From Podarcis muralis (taxonomy: Eukaryota), in the NCBI RefSeq assembly GCF_964188315.1, contig NC_135667.1, positions 20,212,001 through 20,276,000 on the forward strand: DNA of 64,000 nucleotides, in the 5' to 3' direction. Made by a program: the position numbers and the translations under genes. Below the pieces are notes generated by a model. The model worked only from the letters and a program-made list of their open reading frames with translations, made no database searches and had not been told where the DNA came from. Positions 49,512-61,361 of this stretch are shown here, one piece after another (position 1 is the first letter of the stretch; each line of letters starts with the position of its first letter).

Positions 49512-52276
49512 CCTAAACCAGTGTGGTGCAGTGGCTTCAGCTGTTTTGCAGGACAACTCTCATCATCTCCAGGCTGGGGAAGACTGGGTTGGACTAGGAC
49601 CAGGGAGGCCCAGGTTCACATATCTATCCTGCCAGGAACCATGCTAGCTGACCTGGACCAACTACTACCTCTCAGCCTAACCTACCTCACAGGGTTGTTC
49701 AGAAGATAAAAGAGAGTCTGGAAAGAACCATGTATGCTAGCTAGCTGAGTACCTTGGAGGAAGAGTGGGATATGAAATATATAATTTATTCAGAAATAGC
49801 TGGAGTTCATGGGATTTACTCCCATCTGTTATAAACTGTAGCTGTAGTTTATCAAGCATAGGCTCCATTTCTTAATACTTTTAATTCCAGTAGTGCAGAG
49901 TCAAAAGAGCATAATTTTGCTGTGGAATGTGGTGAAAAGAAACAAAGGCTGCTGGAAAATGCTAAGAGAAAAACAGTACTCAAATACTGAAAATATTCTG
50001 TACACTGATTTGTATAGTTACCGGTACTTTTCACTTAAGAGCTACAGTTCCCCTTAAACTACAGTTCCTAGCAAGCTGTATGCTTAAAATGTGTTTTAAA
50101 TGTATGTCTGCCTGCCGCTACCTATGTTTAGCAATTTGTGGCCCCTTGACAGCCCAAAAGGGGAGAGAGAACCAACTCTTTCATAGTATACAAAAGCTCT
50201 TCTGTCTGCTTGAATGAAGGCAACTTTTTTTTTTCCTTTTTGCCATAGACAAGTGGCTATTACAAGTCTCTCGGAGCTGTTTATAAACAGAGTTTATATA
50301 TCAAGCACTTAGTTTTTCCTCAGTAAATAACACTTTCAAGCAGTTTTTCTTTCTTTTGGATTTGTGCAATGCAATATGGATACCCTCTCCTTTCCTTTGT
50401 TCCATCCTTGTGTGGAGATATGCCAGAGCAAGTGGGGGTATCAACTAAATGTCAGATCAAAATGTCTGCCTAATGTCTGAGGTGAGATGCTTCAGTTTGG
50501 ATTGTCCAGATGATGATATTCTGCATTGTATACTCATATTGGTTTATGCGGAGATGGTACTTGTGCGCAACTGTTATAGGCGTCCTTTCTCCCTCTGTCT
50601 GAATTATCCGTTCAATGTTTGTCCTTCTTTCGAACCTTTGTTTTGTTGCCAAAGAACATCCAATTGCCTTTCTTTCAGATGATTCTACAGCTCAGCTTTC
50701 CCAAAACTAGACTGCACTCTGAAAATCACTTAAGTAGTATAAGTGGTTTCGAGATTGCAGCAGTACAGGAAATCCAGTTGGGTGGGACAAGCCAAACACG
50801 CCCCCCCCCCCGGAAGAGGAGACTTGAAGGAAGCTGTTCCCTCTGGATTTGTTGTAGATGGGAAGTTTGTCAGGCGAGCCTAGTTCCCTCTCCATCTCAC
50901 CCCGCCCCTTTGCCACTTAAAAATCAGAGGAAAACCTCGGTACAAAAACAAAAAAACAAAACCAAAATCAGTTGTTCTGACTTCCACAACGCATGTCCTT
51001 GGCCTGGTTCTGAGGAAGTTTGTGGTTGTGATTAATCTCACGCCAGGGAAGTGCCTTTCTTCGTAAAAAGTTTTATCCGTCTGGGAAGGTTGCAGCTGTT
51101 GGGAGCCTTCTGGCGGCAGCGGTGGTGGCGGCGCAGGGTTAGCAAAGGAAATAAAGGCCCACAATCCTAAAAGGCGGGGGGGGGGGGGGAATCTGATCAC
51201 AGATTAAAGAGCCAGCCCCCTTCCTGTCTTTTAAAGCAAGACGTAATCCATGCTGGAAGGCCTCTTTGTCTTGCTGCTGATTGTGCTCCCAGGGGTCACT
51301 TGTACTGGCGTAACCAGCAAAGAACCGGGTTTCCACTTGACCGGGAACAGGGGGGGGGGCAGGAGAGGCCTACACCTTTTCGTTCTTTCTTTCCCCGATC
51401 AATCTGGTTTCTCTGGAAGAGACTTAATTGGCCTACGCTGGACTTTCCACTCAGACGACAACAACAACCCAGTTTTTTCTCTTTACATTTCAACCCTGCT
51501 CGCCTCTCCAATCCGGTACAAATTTCTCACTCCCACCAACACCAACATTGGCTAAAGGCTTTCAGGGTCTACAGTAGACCTAAGGTCTACTGACTGGCCA
51601 CGCCTCCCCAAAATGAGGCAAACCTTGCTATTAACAACTGTCAATTAGAATGTCTCTCCCCCCCCCCCCCACGGAGAAACATGCTGTTTTCTTCCCACCC
51701 TTAGAGGTTTGCCACTTTGGCTTCATGTGTTTTATTTGTAAGTGGTGCTGCTTTCCCCCATGTTGCTCTGTGTCCGTATGACGCCCCCCCACCCCATATA
51801 GATATTGATGCCAAAGGCCAATCCACCCACCTCAATACTATCATGTTGTTGTTGGCATCTGTCTGTCTCAAGAGTGACGTCCAACTGCTGCATTAGCAGC
51901 ACTGAAGTGATATCCCCTCATGCCTGGGCAGTGTGTATGGAGGTCCTGGGCTGCCCAGACAAGACCCCCTGCTTGGACTCGCTGATGTTGTCCAAAGGAA
52001 AGCAGAGCAATATTTTTGGCATTGGCTTGGCTGCAGGAGTTGCTGGAAGGAGGCATTCAAGGCACCATCCAACCATCTTAGCGACTCAATTCCGTATTTG
52101 TGTAGGGTTCACTCCTTAGCTGATAGTCAGCACCTTTCTCCCCAACCAGGGAAATGGTTCTTTAGCCTTCCCTTCCTCCACCATGAATAGAAACAATTCA
52201 CATAATACAGTGGTACCTCAGGTTACATCACTTCAGGTTACATACGCTTCAGACTCCACTAACCCAGAAATAGTGC

Positions 52277-52410
52277 CAGTTACAGATAGGTAGCCGTGTT
52301 GGTCTGCCATAGTCAAAACAAAAAAAAATTCCTTCCAGTAGCACCTTAAAGACCAACTAAGTTAGTTCTTGGTATGAGCTTTCGTGTGCATGCACACTTC
52401 TTCAGATACA
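52277..52410. mobile_element. Penelope-like element terminal fragment with 12-bp TSD
   Basis: gtagccgtgttggtctg...gcaccttaaagaccaac...cttcagatac is typical of reptile PLE ends. TSD cagaaatagtgc at 52265-52276 and 52411-52422. Confidence 0.8.
52372..52409 (-). ncRNA. Minimal type-I hammerhead ribozyme motif
   Basis: GUAU-CUGAAGA(A)-GUGUG catg CACAC-GAAA-GC-UC/AUAC: conserved core, stem II, palindromic mini stem III and stem I. Confidence 0.7.
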
Positions 52411-53266
52411 CAGAAATAGTGCTTCAGGTTAAGAACTTTGCTTCAGCATGAGAACAGAAATCATGCTCCGGCGGCATGGCAGCAGCAGGAGGCCCCATTA
52501 GCTAAAGTGGTGCTTCAGGTTAAGAACAGTTTCAGGTTAAGTACAGACCTCCGGAACGAATTAAGTACTTAACCCGAGGTACCACTGTACATTTAAAGCT
52601 CTACGATACCACTTGAAAAAGTTGTGACTTCCCCTAAAGAATTCTGGCAGCTGCAGCTTGCTGAGAGTGCGGAAAAGAGACCCCTATTCCTCTCCCAGAG
52701 CTACCATTCCCAGAGTGGTTTTAACAGTCAATTCCTCTTCCCAAGGATCTCTGGATGATTGTAGCTCTGCAAGGGAAATAAAAGTCTCCTAACAACTCTC
52801 TGCACCTTAACAAACCATAGTTCCCTAGTAGATCTGGTGGCTGAGCGGTGGTGAGGCATAGGCAGATCAGGCCTCTTAAGAAACTTCTATCTTAGATCTA
52901 CTGCTCTGTTAGTTTTCAATAGGTAGGCCTGCTGTCTACCTACGGGTGAAACTGGCACCCAGATAACATCTTTCCACTGCCCACAGAAACCCTGTCCTGT
53001 GCCTGGCCTCCCTTCACCTCCTCCAGACCTTAATTAATTGCACTGCTGCTGTGATCAACTTCACAGCCCTCTCCTCACTGCGTTTCACTAAAAACAGCAA
53101 CTCCCCAAAAACCAGGTTAACAACATGGGACTGCACTTCAGGGTTGCCGTACATCACCTCTTCACTTCCTCCAGGAAAATGGGCATAAGATCAGTACTTG
53201 GTAGGGCAGGCATAACCCAAAATCTCAGCCATAGTCCTTTTCCCTGCAATGTGGGTCTATTATGCT

Positions 53267-53824
53267 TGTTACGGTAAAATCTGGGTGTGGGGCTACTCTG
53301 CCACCCAGCTTGTCGGACTAAGTCCGCGGGTCCCTGCGGAAGAAAATGAGCTCAGCCGGAGACAGGAGCAAGCTGCAGAAGATCCAAGTTTATTGCGCAA
53401 TAGGTTCAAGACGAGATTGAACAGCGAGAAAGGGGTGACATGAACTTTTGAAACTTCCCTCCATGTCCCAGAATACAGTGCAAAATACATCACAGTTACA
53501 TCATGAATACATTAAGGAGAGGTTAGGTTACACCGGATTAACATATGGAGGAGGGAGGGGGGGAATATGCAGAGCTGGAGATATGCGCAGATAAGCACTT
53601 CCTGAGTACCAGTGATGAGAAGTCAATGGTCTATGTATGCATATTCTGTCACCTGGCATTGCCCGGAGGAAAGGCTTGGCAGAGTGATTTGACAGGATTA
53701 GGGTCTTGACACCTTGCTTGAGGGATTATGGAGGACAGGGGAGGTGTCATGGAGTCCTAGAGAAATTGAGCAAATTGGCACGTTGATTTTCTATGAATTT
53801 TATAGATTTTAGTCCCTTTTGACA
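53267..53824 (-). mobile_element. Solo LTR (ERV-like)
   Basis: TG/CA ends and minus-strand AATAAA near 53390. No TSD confirmed. Confidence 0.55.
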
Positions 53825-54668
53825 TTGACAATTGGAAATAAATGGATATATTGTAGCGAAGAAGAAGGTGAAGAAGACATGCCCCCCTTCCGTATCAATG
53901 CTATACCATGTTCACAAATTGAGAAGAAAATCACCCCCCCCCCATATGAAATAAGTCCTTAGGGCATAAGTGCCTGACTTACTGCTAATTTTTAATTGAC
54001 ATACTACTGCCTAATCACAGCTACACAAAATCCAACATACTTGAACTTTCTATTGGGCAGCAGTGAGGAGCAGTCAAGGCATCACAAACCAATTGTTAAT
54101 AATGATAATGAGAGTTTCACTCTAGCCTCTGATTCAATGACTTGAACCGCTTTCCTAAATGTCAGTCATTTGGGTGGGATTTCACTCACAGGCTGCAAAC
54201 ATTGAAAAGTAGGAGAAGGCTTGTTCCCCACGAAACAAATTGAGAATTGGGGGCTGCACATTTTTGCCTCAGATCTTGGGTTCTACAGAAGATAGAAAAA
54301 GGAAAAAAGTTGGTAATCTGGGAGCATCTGTCGGTGTCGAAACCCTTCCCTGTCACAGCTAAAACTTGAGATGATGGCCTTGCTCTCACTTAAATACTCT
54401 TTAAATACAGGGTAGTTGTATCAGCAGCTATTACTCATTGCTAAATTGAACCTCTGCTATTAGAGGTAATATACCTCTGTTTACGAGACACAGAGATCAA
54501 AGAGCGGGGGATAGTTGTTCCTTTGTGCTCTAGTTATAAGTTTATCGGGGGCATCTGATAGCCACTGCTGCTGAGACAATGCTGGACAACAAATATTATT
54601 TGCCTTGCTGCTTCCAATCAGTTCTCTGGTCAGCATAGGAATGGGCAACTTAACTCACAATAGAAGTA

Positions 54669-54910
54669 CAGTGGTACCCCGGGTTACATACACTTCAGGT
54701 TACATACGCTTCAGGTTACAGACTCCGCTAACCCAGAAATAGTACCTCAGGTTAAGAACTTTGCTTCAGGATGAGAACAGAAATTGTGCTCTGGCAGCGC
54801 GGTGGCAGCGGGAGGCCCCATTGGGTAAAGTGGCGCTTCAGGTTAAGAACAGTTTCAGGTTAAGAATGGACCTCCGGAACAAATTAAGTACTTAACATGA
54901 GGTACCCCTG
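54669..54910 (+). mobile_element. Tc1/mariner MITE
   Basis: TIRs plus TA TSD. Confidence 0.85.
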
Positions 54911-55689
54911 TATATAGGGCATATCCCAGTGTCATTTTAGGACCTGGGAGACGAGGGATCAAATCCCTACTTGGGCATGGAGCTCACTGAGTGATGTTGG
55001 ACCAGTCACTGCCTCTCTCAGACTACCTACCTCACAGGGTTGCTGTGGGGATTAAATGAGGAGGGGGGAGAACCATGTATGCCACCTCGAGCTCCTTGGG
55101 ATAGGAAGGCAATAAATAAATATGCAGAAGGTGCCAGGTTCAGTCCTCTGCATAGAATAGTAGCATTAGAAGAGGGACCACCAGGGTCCTCTAGTCTTTT
55201 GCCGTACTAGTCGTACAGACTTTTGCCCAGTGTGGATCTTGAACCCACAATTTAGAGTCTCGAGCTGTACCATCTGAGCTATCCCAGGTAGGCTGGGAAT
55301 GTCCTCTGTCTGAAATCCTAGAGAATATTATCTACCCAGTGTAAATAATTCTGAGTTAAATGGACCAATAGCCTGACTTGGGAAGGTGGATTCCAATGCC
55401 CTTCAGATATTATTGAGAACCCCCAGCTCCCATCATCCGTAACCATTGGGCATGCTGGCTAGGAATGGGGGGAGTTAGGAGTCCAGGAGCCACAGGTTCC
55501 CCACCCTTGGTCTAGGACTAACTATATGACACCAAGCTTTCCACAGGTAAAAACAACCAAACGGCAAGGAAGGGAAAATGCAGACGAGCTGTTGCCCATC
55601 TTCTGTCAGTTAGGAAACTTTCCGCTCCTCCATCCCTCAGATCTGATTGCCGCCTGTTCTGCTTTCTTCCAGGTAACCCTCCTGACACC

Positions 55690-55882
55690 ATAGAGCCTGG
55701 CAGCTGGGGCGAGGGGGCCAGCCCCTCTGGGGAGATGGGGGACACTGGGGAGAAGGGTCTGGACAACGATGCAGAAGGGGTCTGGAGCCCAGATATTGAG
55801 CAGAGTTTCCAGGAGGCCCTGGCCATCTACCCACCCTGTGGGAGGCGGAAGATCATTCTTTCGGATGAGGGGAAGATGTACG
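55690..55882 (+). CDS. TEAD2: TEAD2 first coding exon (I/M)[63 protein letters not shown]; whole exon starts at 55673
   Basis: Invariant TEA-domain sequence. ATA start in accATAg context; in-frame ATG at 55735. GTAGGT donor in phase 1. Confidence 0.95.
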
Positions 55883-56815
55883 GTAGGTGGGACTTAACTT
55901 TGACCCATTAGACCGGCTGCTCTTGTCCTTAGTTCTCTTTGGGAATCGTCCCGCAAGCCATAATATATGAGTAGCAATAGGCTTAGAATATGTGAGGTAA
56001 AAAAAGAAGAAGACAACGCTTTTCTAGCTCCCTGAAGAAATGGAAGGAGCTGGGAAGGTGGCCACTGATGGTGCTGTATTCCTGCGGTACACCGCTAGCA
56101 GTGCCTTTTCCTTTCCAGCTCTGAGAGGAGGAAAGAGGTGGTCTTCAGATGCAGCCTCCATGGTACTGTGCCATAGATGCTGTGCAGAAGGCTCTCTTTA
56201 GGGACAGAAAAGAAACAAAAGAGCCAGCAGGGCCAGGACGAGAGATGAGGGAGCTACATGCACCGTTGTAAACAGAGGTCCTACAATGTGCCTAGACCTA
56301 TAATGACAGGGACTCACCTGGAGGCAGTTCTTACTCTCCATAGGTGAGCAGCTAATGACAGTTCCATTTTCAGTTCTGCAATTTGTAGCATCCCTTTCTT
56401 TCAGGGAACTGCATTTGGACAAGTCACTCTCTCTTAGCCTGACCCACCTCACAGGGTTGTTGTGAAGATAAAACCACAGAAAGCGCCCTGGGGTCTTTAG
56501 AGGCAGTGTGGGGTGTACTTTTGGTGATGGGGGACAACCGTGTGCAAGGTCTGCTGGAGGAGGGGTCAGGTTTGCATCCACCCACCTTTTTTAAACATCT
56601 GCGGTTGGCGTGACCTGACAGTCCAGATGATTCAGAAGTTAGCAGGGTTGTGTCTCTGAGCATGTGCAGAGTTAGGGAGGCTGCAACCTGCCCCATGTGG
56701 CAACCTAGCATTGTTGTCAGTGGCATGGTCAAGAGAGGCGGGTGAATTCCACCTCTGTATATGGTGCCCAAGTTGGATGGGTTGTTTTCCTGATTTCCTG
56801 CCTCTTCTCTCTCAG

Positions 56816-56880
56816 GCCGCAATGAACTCATTGCCCGCTACATTAAACTGAGGACAGGCAAAACACGGACAAGGAAACAG
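56816..56880 (+). CDS. TEAD2: TEAD2 exon [22 protein letters not shown]
   Basis: Invariant TEA domain; canonical sites. Confidence 0.98.
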
Positions 56881-57021
56881 GTAAATGTGATGGGCTTGAC
56901 ATGAAGCCTAAGACTGCAGGAAAAAAATCCGAGGTGTGTGGGGAGAATGAGGCCTGGTGAGATTTCCTCCTTTCTCTCCACAGAGTTTCCTGCTAAATCT
57001 CTCCCCCAACTCCTTCCACAG

Positions 57022-57084
57022 GTCTCCAGTCACATCCAGGTTTTGGCCCGGCGGAAAACCCGTGAGATTCAGGCCAAGCTCAAG
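57022..57084 (+). CDS. TEAD2: TEAD2 exon VSSHIQVLARRKTREIQAKLK
   Basis: TEA helix 3; canonical sites. Confidence 0.98.
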
Positions 57085-57442
57085 GTGAGTCCCTTCCCTG
57101 CATTCCCTGAAATGTTTGTGACAAGCTTGCACCTCTGGATTCCCTACCCGTCCTGCTGAAGGAGTAGTAGTAAGGGGGTACATATTTTCCCCCCCCCCCA
57201 AAGTCCCATAATGCTTTGCTGGTACTTGGGACAAGCTCTAAGTTGGAGGGAAATTATTGGGAAAGTGCCATCAATCAACCCCCTCCCCTCCCCGTCTCTG
57301 AGGGAATTGTTTTTTATTATTATGTGTTCCGTTTATTACCCATCATTCACCATCAACATTAAAAACAGCTAAAACAAATTACAGTCACTGGAATAGGGTG
57401 GTTCCTGAAAACACATCTCTCAAGTGTCAAAGGTGGCAACTA

Positions 57443-58188
57443 AAGTGGTACCTCGGTTTTTAAACAGCTTAGTTCACGAACAACTTGGAATTCGAACTCC
57501 ACAAACTCAGAAGTAGGTGTTCTGGTTTGCGAACTTTTTTCGGAATCGGAACTGTTCCGTTTTGAGTGTTACACTTCCATTTTCAGTGCCACACTTTCGT
57601 TTTGAGTTCCCCTACTCCTGTTTGCATGTGAATAGGAGTGGGATGGGGCAGCTCAGCTGGGGACTGGGAAAGCCTCCGCTTCCTAGCTGAGAGATCCCCG
57701 CCCCACTCCTGCTTGCATGGGAGTAGGAGCTGGATCGGGGCTGCTCACCTGGAGAGGTGCAGGCTCCGTCACACTTTTCCATTGAGGGGTACATGGCTGC
57801 GTTCACCTCAACAGAGAAGTTTAAAGGAGCATTGTGTGCCATTGCAGAGACAGCCTGATGACAGCTGCCTCAGCAGTGGTTTTGGAGCTCTCAGATGCAG
57901 CTGCTGGGCTGCCTCCACCATTGCCACCCCAGCAACTATTCCACCTGGCTGCCTTCATGGGTGCAGGGGCTCTGATGCTGAGGTGGCGCTCCTTTAAACT
58001 TCTTCCTTGAAGGGGAGTGCAGCTGTGAACCCCTCAATGGAAAGTGTGACAGAGCCTGCACTTCCCCAGCTGAGTAGGCCCGTCCAGCTCCTACTCCCGT
58101 GGAAGCAGGGGCAGGGATCTCTTTGGAATGCTTTGGTTTTAGAATGGACTTCCGGAACGGATTAAGTTTGAAAACCAAGGTACCACTG
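57443..58188. mobile_element. Larger Tigger-like non-autonomous DNA element with internal inverted repeats
   Basis: agtggtacc / ggtaccactg ends. Internal arms at about 57690-57830 and 57985-58110 are reverse complements. Confidence 0.7.
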
Positions 58189-59129
58189 TATAATGAAGGC
58201 TTCAGGCCTAGGGGCTGCTACAGGGGATGCCTTCTCTTGGACTGCTACCACCCCACCCCAAACATCTGACAGCCCCCGCTGCCGACCTCAACATCTGAGG
58301 AAGGAAAGCACACTTTGGGATATTTAGGTCCTAAGCCATTTAGGGCTTTAATGTGAGTTTAATGCTTTGAGTTTACCGGATAATAGAAGTGGGGCAAGCA
58401 GCTGTGGTGGCAAGCGAGAAGAGCTCTTCCCAGCTGCAGTGAGGTAGCCGCCATTTTAATTCCCCCAAAGCCCTGTCACCTCCAAAGTAGCATTGTGCTG
58501 CATCTGCAAGGGGCTGGTTTTTTAAAGTGGCCTGCACTGGTCAAAGCGTGTTGATTTTTCAAGACTGTCGTCCCGTCCCACCTGTCCTGCTTGGAGCTGG
58601 GAGAGGAGCTCTGAGCAGCTGCAGCGAGCAAGGGGAGACATCCGTCTTAATCTTGGCCCTCCTACATCCCTGATGTAGGAGCGTTGCATTGGGCCCTGGG
58701 GAGGAATTAACAATGATGGCTCCCTAGCAGCTGCTCTGAGTGCCTCTCAACACGAAGGAGCAAAGGCAGACAGAAAGGGGCCCAGTACAGGCAGCTGCAC
58801 TGAGCAGGTGGGCCTGTTTTAAGGAAACTTCGCTGATCGATGCTGAGAGGAGCCCTGAAGGGCTTCAGCAAGCAAAAGGAGCCCTCTTGAACCCCCCCCC
58901 CCAGGTTGTGATGCAGCACTGCTACCATGTCAGGGACAGTGAAGGGGCAGTTAAAGAGACTTCGTTGCTTCAGTCTATCGTTCACCTTCTCGGTGCCAAA
59001 TATCAGTGTGATTTTTTCCTGTAGAGGCCAGGCTGAAGGGGATAGGTCAGGGAGTTCTGAGATTTGAACAAAGCTTAGTAATTAGCAGGGGAAGAACGAA
59101 GTGTGACTGCAAACCAGGAATCCTGGTTT

Positions 59130-59500
59130 TCTGAGGAGATATTTTTAATAGGACAATATTGATATTGGCCTCCCTAAGGAGTCCGTTCCACTGTCGCACA
59201 GCTCTTCCTGTCAGAAGCTCCTTCGATATTTAGTCGGAATCTCCTTGTAATTTGAAGCCATTGGTCTGAGTCCTACCCTCCAGGGCAGGAGAAAACCTTG
59301 CTCCATCCTCCATGTGGCAACCGTTTAGGATATTTGAAGATGGCTATCCTATCTCTTCTCAGTCTCCCCTTTGGCGGGCTAAACATACCCAGTTCTCTCA
59401 ACCTCTCTTTGTAATGGAGTCCAGTGCAGTGATTTCTAAGCACTTCTTCAGGGTGTGGTCTGAGCCTCAGCAACTGATGCAGCCCCCTTTCTGGAGCTAA
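59130..59500 (-). mobile_element. CR1 LINE 3' fragment
   Basis: YKERLRELGMFS..KGRLRRDRIAIFKY is the CR1 ORF2 C-terminus. Confidence 0.8.
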
Positions 59501-60086
59501 GTAGGTGCGGGTCTCACCAATGCCAATATATACCACCTTGAATTCCATAATGGAAGGGAAGGCAGCATGTAAATGATGGTAATTATACTATCGCTTGTAA
59601 CTCAGTGGCTCACAAGGGGGCTAACCCCTAGGCACTCCAGGGTGAACACCTTATAACAGGGGTGTTTAACCAACTGTCCTTGAGGCACTGCTGGCTTCCA
59701 GCTCCCATCAGCCCCAGCCAACATGGCCAATGGTTTGGTATGATGAGAGTTGTTCTTCAGTAGTGAGTGATCCCTTCATCATCGGCTTCCTCAATGAGAA
59801 GACAGGTGATGACTGATGGTTTGCCTATATGGCACCTTGTCCCCTACAAATGCCTCCTGTGGGGTGATAGCCCCAGAAGAAATTACAGTACCCCCACAGT
59901 CAAAGTTATGTGTGTCATTATGCACCCCATAACCCCCTGAAACTTCCAGACCCTTCACGGCTGATTTGCAGGCATTACTCAGTAGAGAAATCAATGTGGA
60001 AAAGGAGGCCTTGAGGGTAGAATGTTTTGAGAACTCCTGCGCAAGGGAAACGGGCATTTGAAAACCAGGATTTCTCTCTCTTCAAG

Positions 60087-60212
60087 GACCAGGTAGCAAA
60101 GGACAAAGCGCTTCAGACTATGGCAGCCATGTCTTCTGCTCAACTCGTATCTGCCACGGTCCTCCAGGAAAAACTGGGCTTGTCAGAACCCCACTACCCA
60201 TCCAGCACCACC
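60087..60212 (+). CDS. TEAD2: TEAD2 exon DQVAKDKALQTMAAMSSAQLVSATVLQEKLGLSEPHYPSSTT
   Basis: Conserved TEAD motif; AG and GTAAGC sites; phase 0 to 0. Confidence 0.95.
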
Positions 60213-60930
60213 GTAAGCATGTGGGAGAGGGGCTGTGAGGTGGGGCTTCTATGGGGCTGTAATGCTATGGCAGGAATGGAGAACCTGTGGGCTCCCAGAT
60301 GTTGTGGGACTGCAGTTCCCATAATCCCCGGCAATTAGCCATGCCCACTGGGGCTGTTGAGAGCAATAGTTTAGCAAAACCTGCAAGCCCACAGGTTCCC
60401 GGTTCCTGTTCTCTTTCTGTACTAAAAACCTAGATTAAGGTTTCTGCCAGTTTAGCTCTCGACTCTCCCAAGGAATCTTGGGAATTGTAGTTTGGTGATG
60501 TTCAAAATAATTCTCTGTGTTAGATCATTAGCTCTTTCCTGGAGTGAGGAAGTTATTATTAAATGGTGTTTAAGTTAAGAGTTGTTGCTGAACAAATGAA
60601 ACCTCAGCTGACAGATCACACGTACAAGCATTAGTCAATTATATTTGCATATGGGCAAAAACCATGTTTTGGAAGCAAGAAGCATGCTTCCTAAGTTTTT
60701 TAGATCAGATGACTTAGCAGACGTCATCACCACAGAAGAGGCATTCTCCTCTTCCAAGATGCAGTCTTAGTTTTTATAAACACTTGTTTGTTTGTTTTTT
60801 AATAATCACTTTAATTTGGTCAATTAAACGGTTTTAAAATTTGATTTCATCAGTTCAGAGTAAACAGTATAAATGTTGCAGCCCTAACTTAAGTATGTAG
60901 TGCAGTTTTTAACTCTTCTGACTTTTCCAG

Positions 60931-60989
60931 TCCACAGAGTTCTTCCAGTTTTGGACAGGGGATGCAAGCCAATCCCGAGACACTCTAGA
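60931..60989 (+). CDS. TEAD2: TEAD2 exon STEFFQFWTGDASQSRDTL(D)
   Basis: Similar to TEAD2 ASELFQFWSG; phase 0 to 2; GTAAGT donor. Confidence 0.88.
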
Positions 60990-60993
60990 GTAA

Positions 60994-60994
60994 G

Positions 60995-61044
<50 letters not shown>
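60994..61044. repeat. (GTT)17 microsatellite
   Basis: Visible tandem repeat. Confidence 0.95.
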
Positions 61045-61045
<1 letters not shown>

Positions 61046-61199
61046 TCAGTCATTGACACACACGCACTGCTGGAAGCAGCAATTTGTCTAGCATTTCTGC
61101 AACACACACACGTGTGTGTGTATATTTGTGTATGTATTGCAATGCCCCCCTGCTGAAAAGCCATATCTTGACTCTCCTCTTTCTCCCTCCTACCCATAG

Positions 61200-61261
61200 C
61201 ATCAAGCCTATCCTCCAAGCGCCATACCCCATCCCAGTCCCAGCACCCGCTGCTGTCCCAG
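61200..61261 (+). CDS. TEAD2: TEAD2 exon IKPILQAPYPIPVPAPAAVP
   Basis: Similar to D(V/I)KPF exons of TEADs; phase 2 to 1. Confidence 0.9.
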
Positions 61262-61361
61262 GTAAGCCACCGTCTTCCTAAACCGCTTGCCTTCCTACGA
61301 GGCGGGGGGGGGGGTGAGAGTGCGCCAGTCGGCCTCAGTGCCTTCTCCCTTGGCTTGGCAG

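Larger units (their letters stand above)
52208..52587 (+). mobile_element. Tc1/mariner MITE interrupted by a Penelope fragment
   Basis: TIRs plus TA TSD. Confidence 0.85.

Noticed and set aside
55518-55834. Minus-strand ORFs over TEAD2 exon 2
   Set aside because: Antisense shadows of the coding exon.
57085-60086. The 12-nt micro-exon that mammalian TEADs have after the TEA domain
   Set aside because: No convincing candidate found by eye; failing to spot 12 nt is not evidence of loss.
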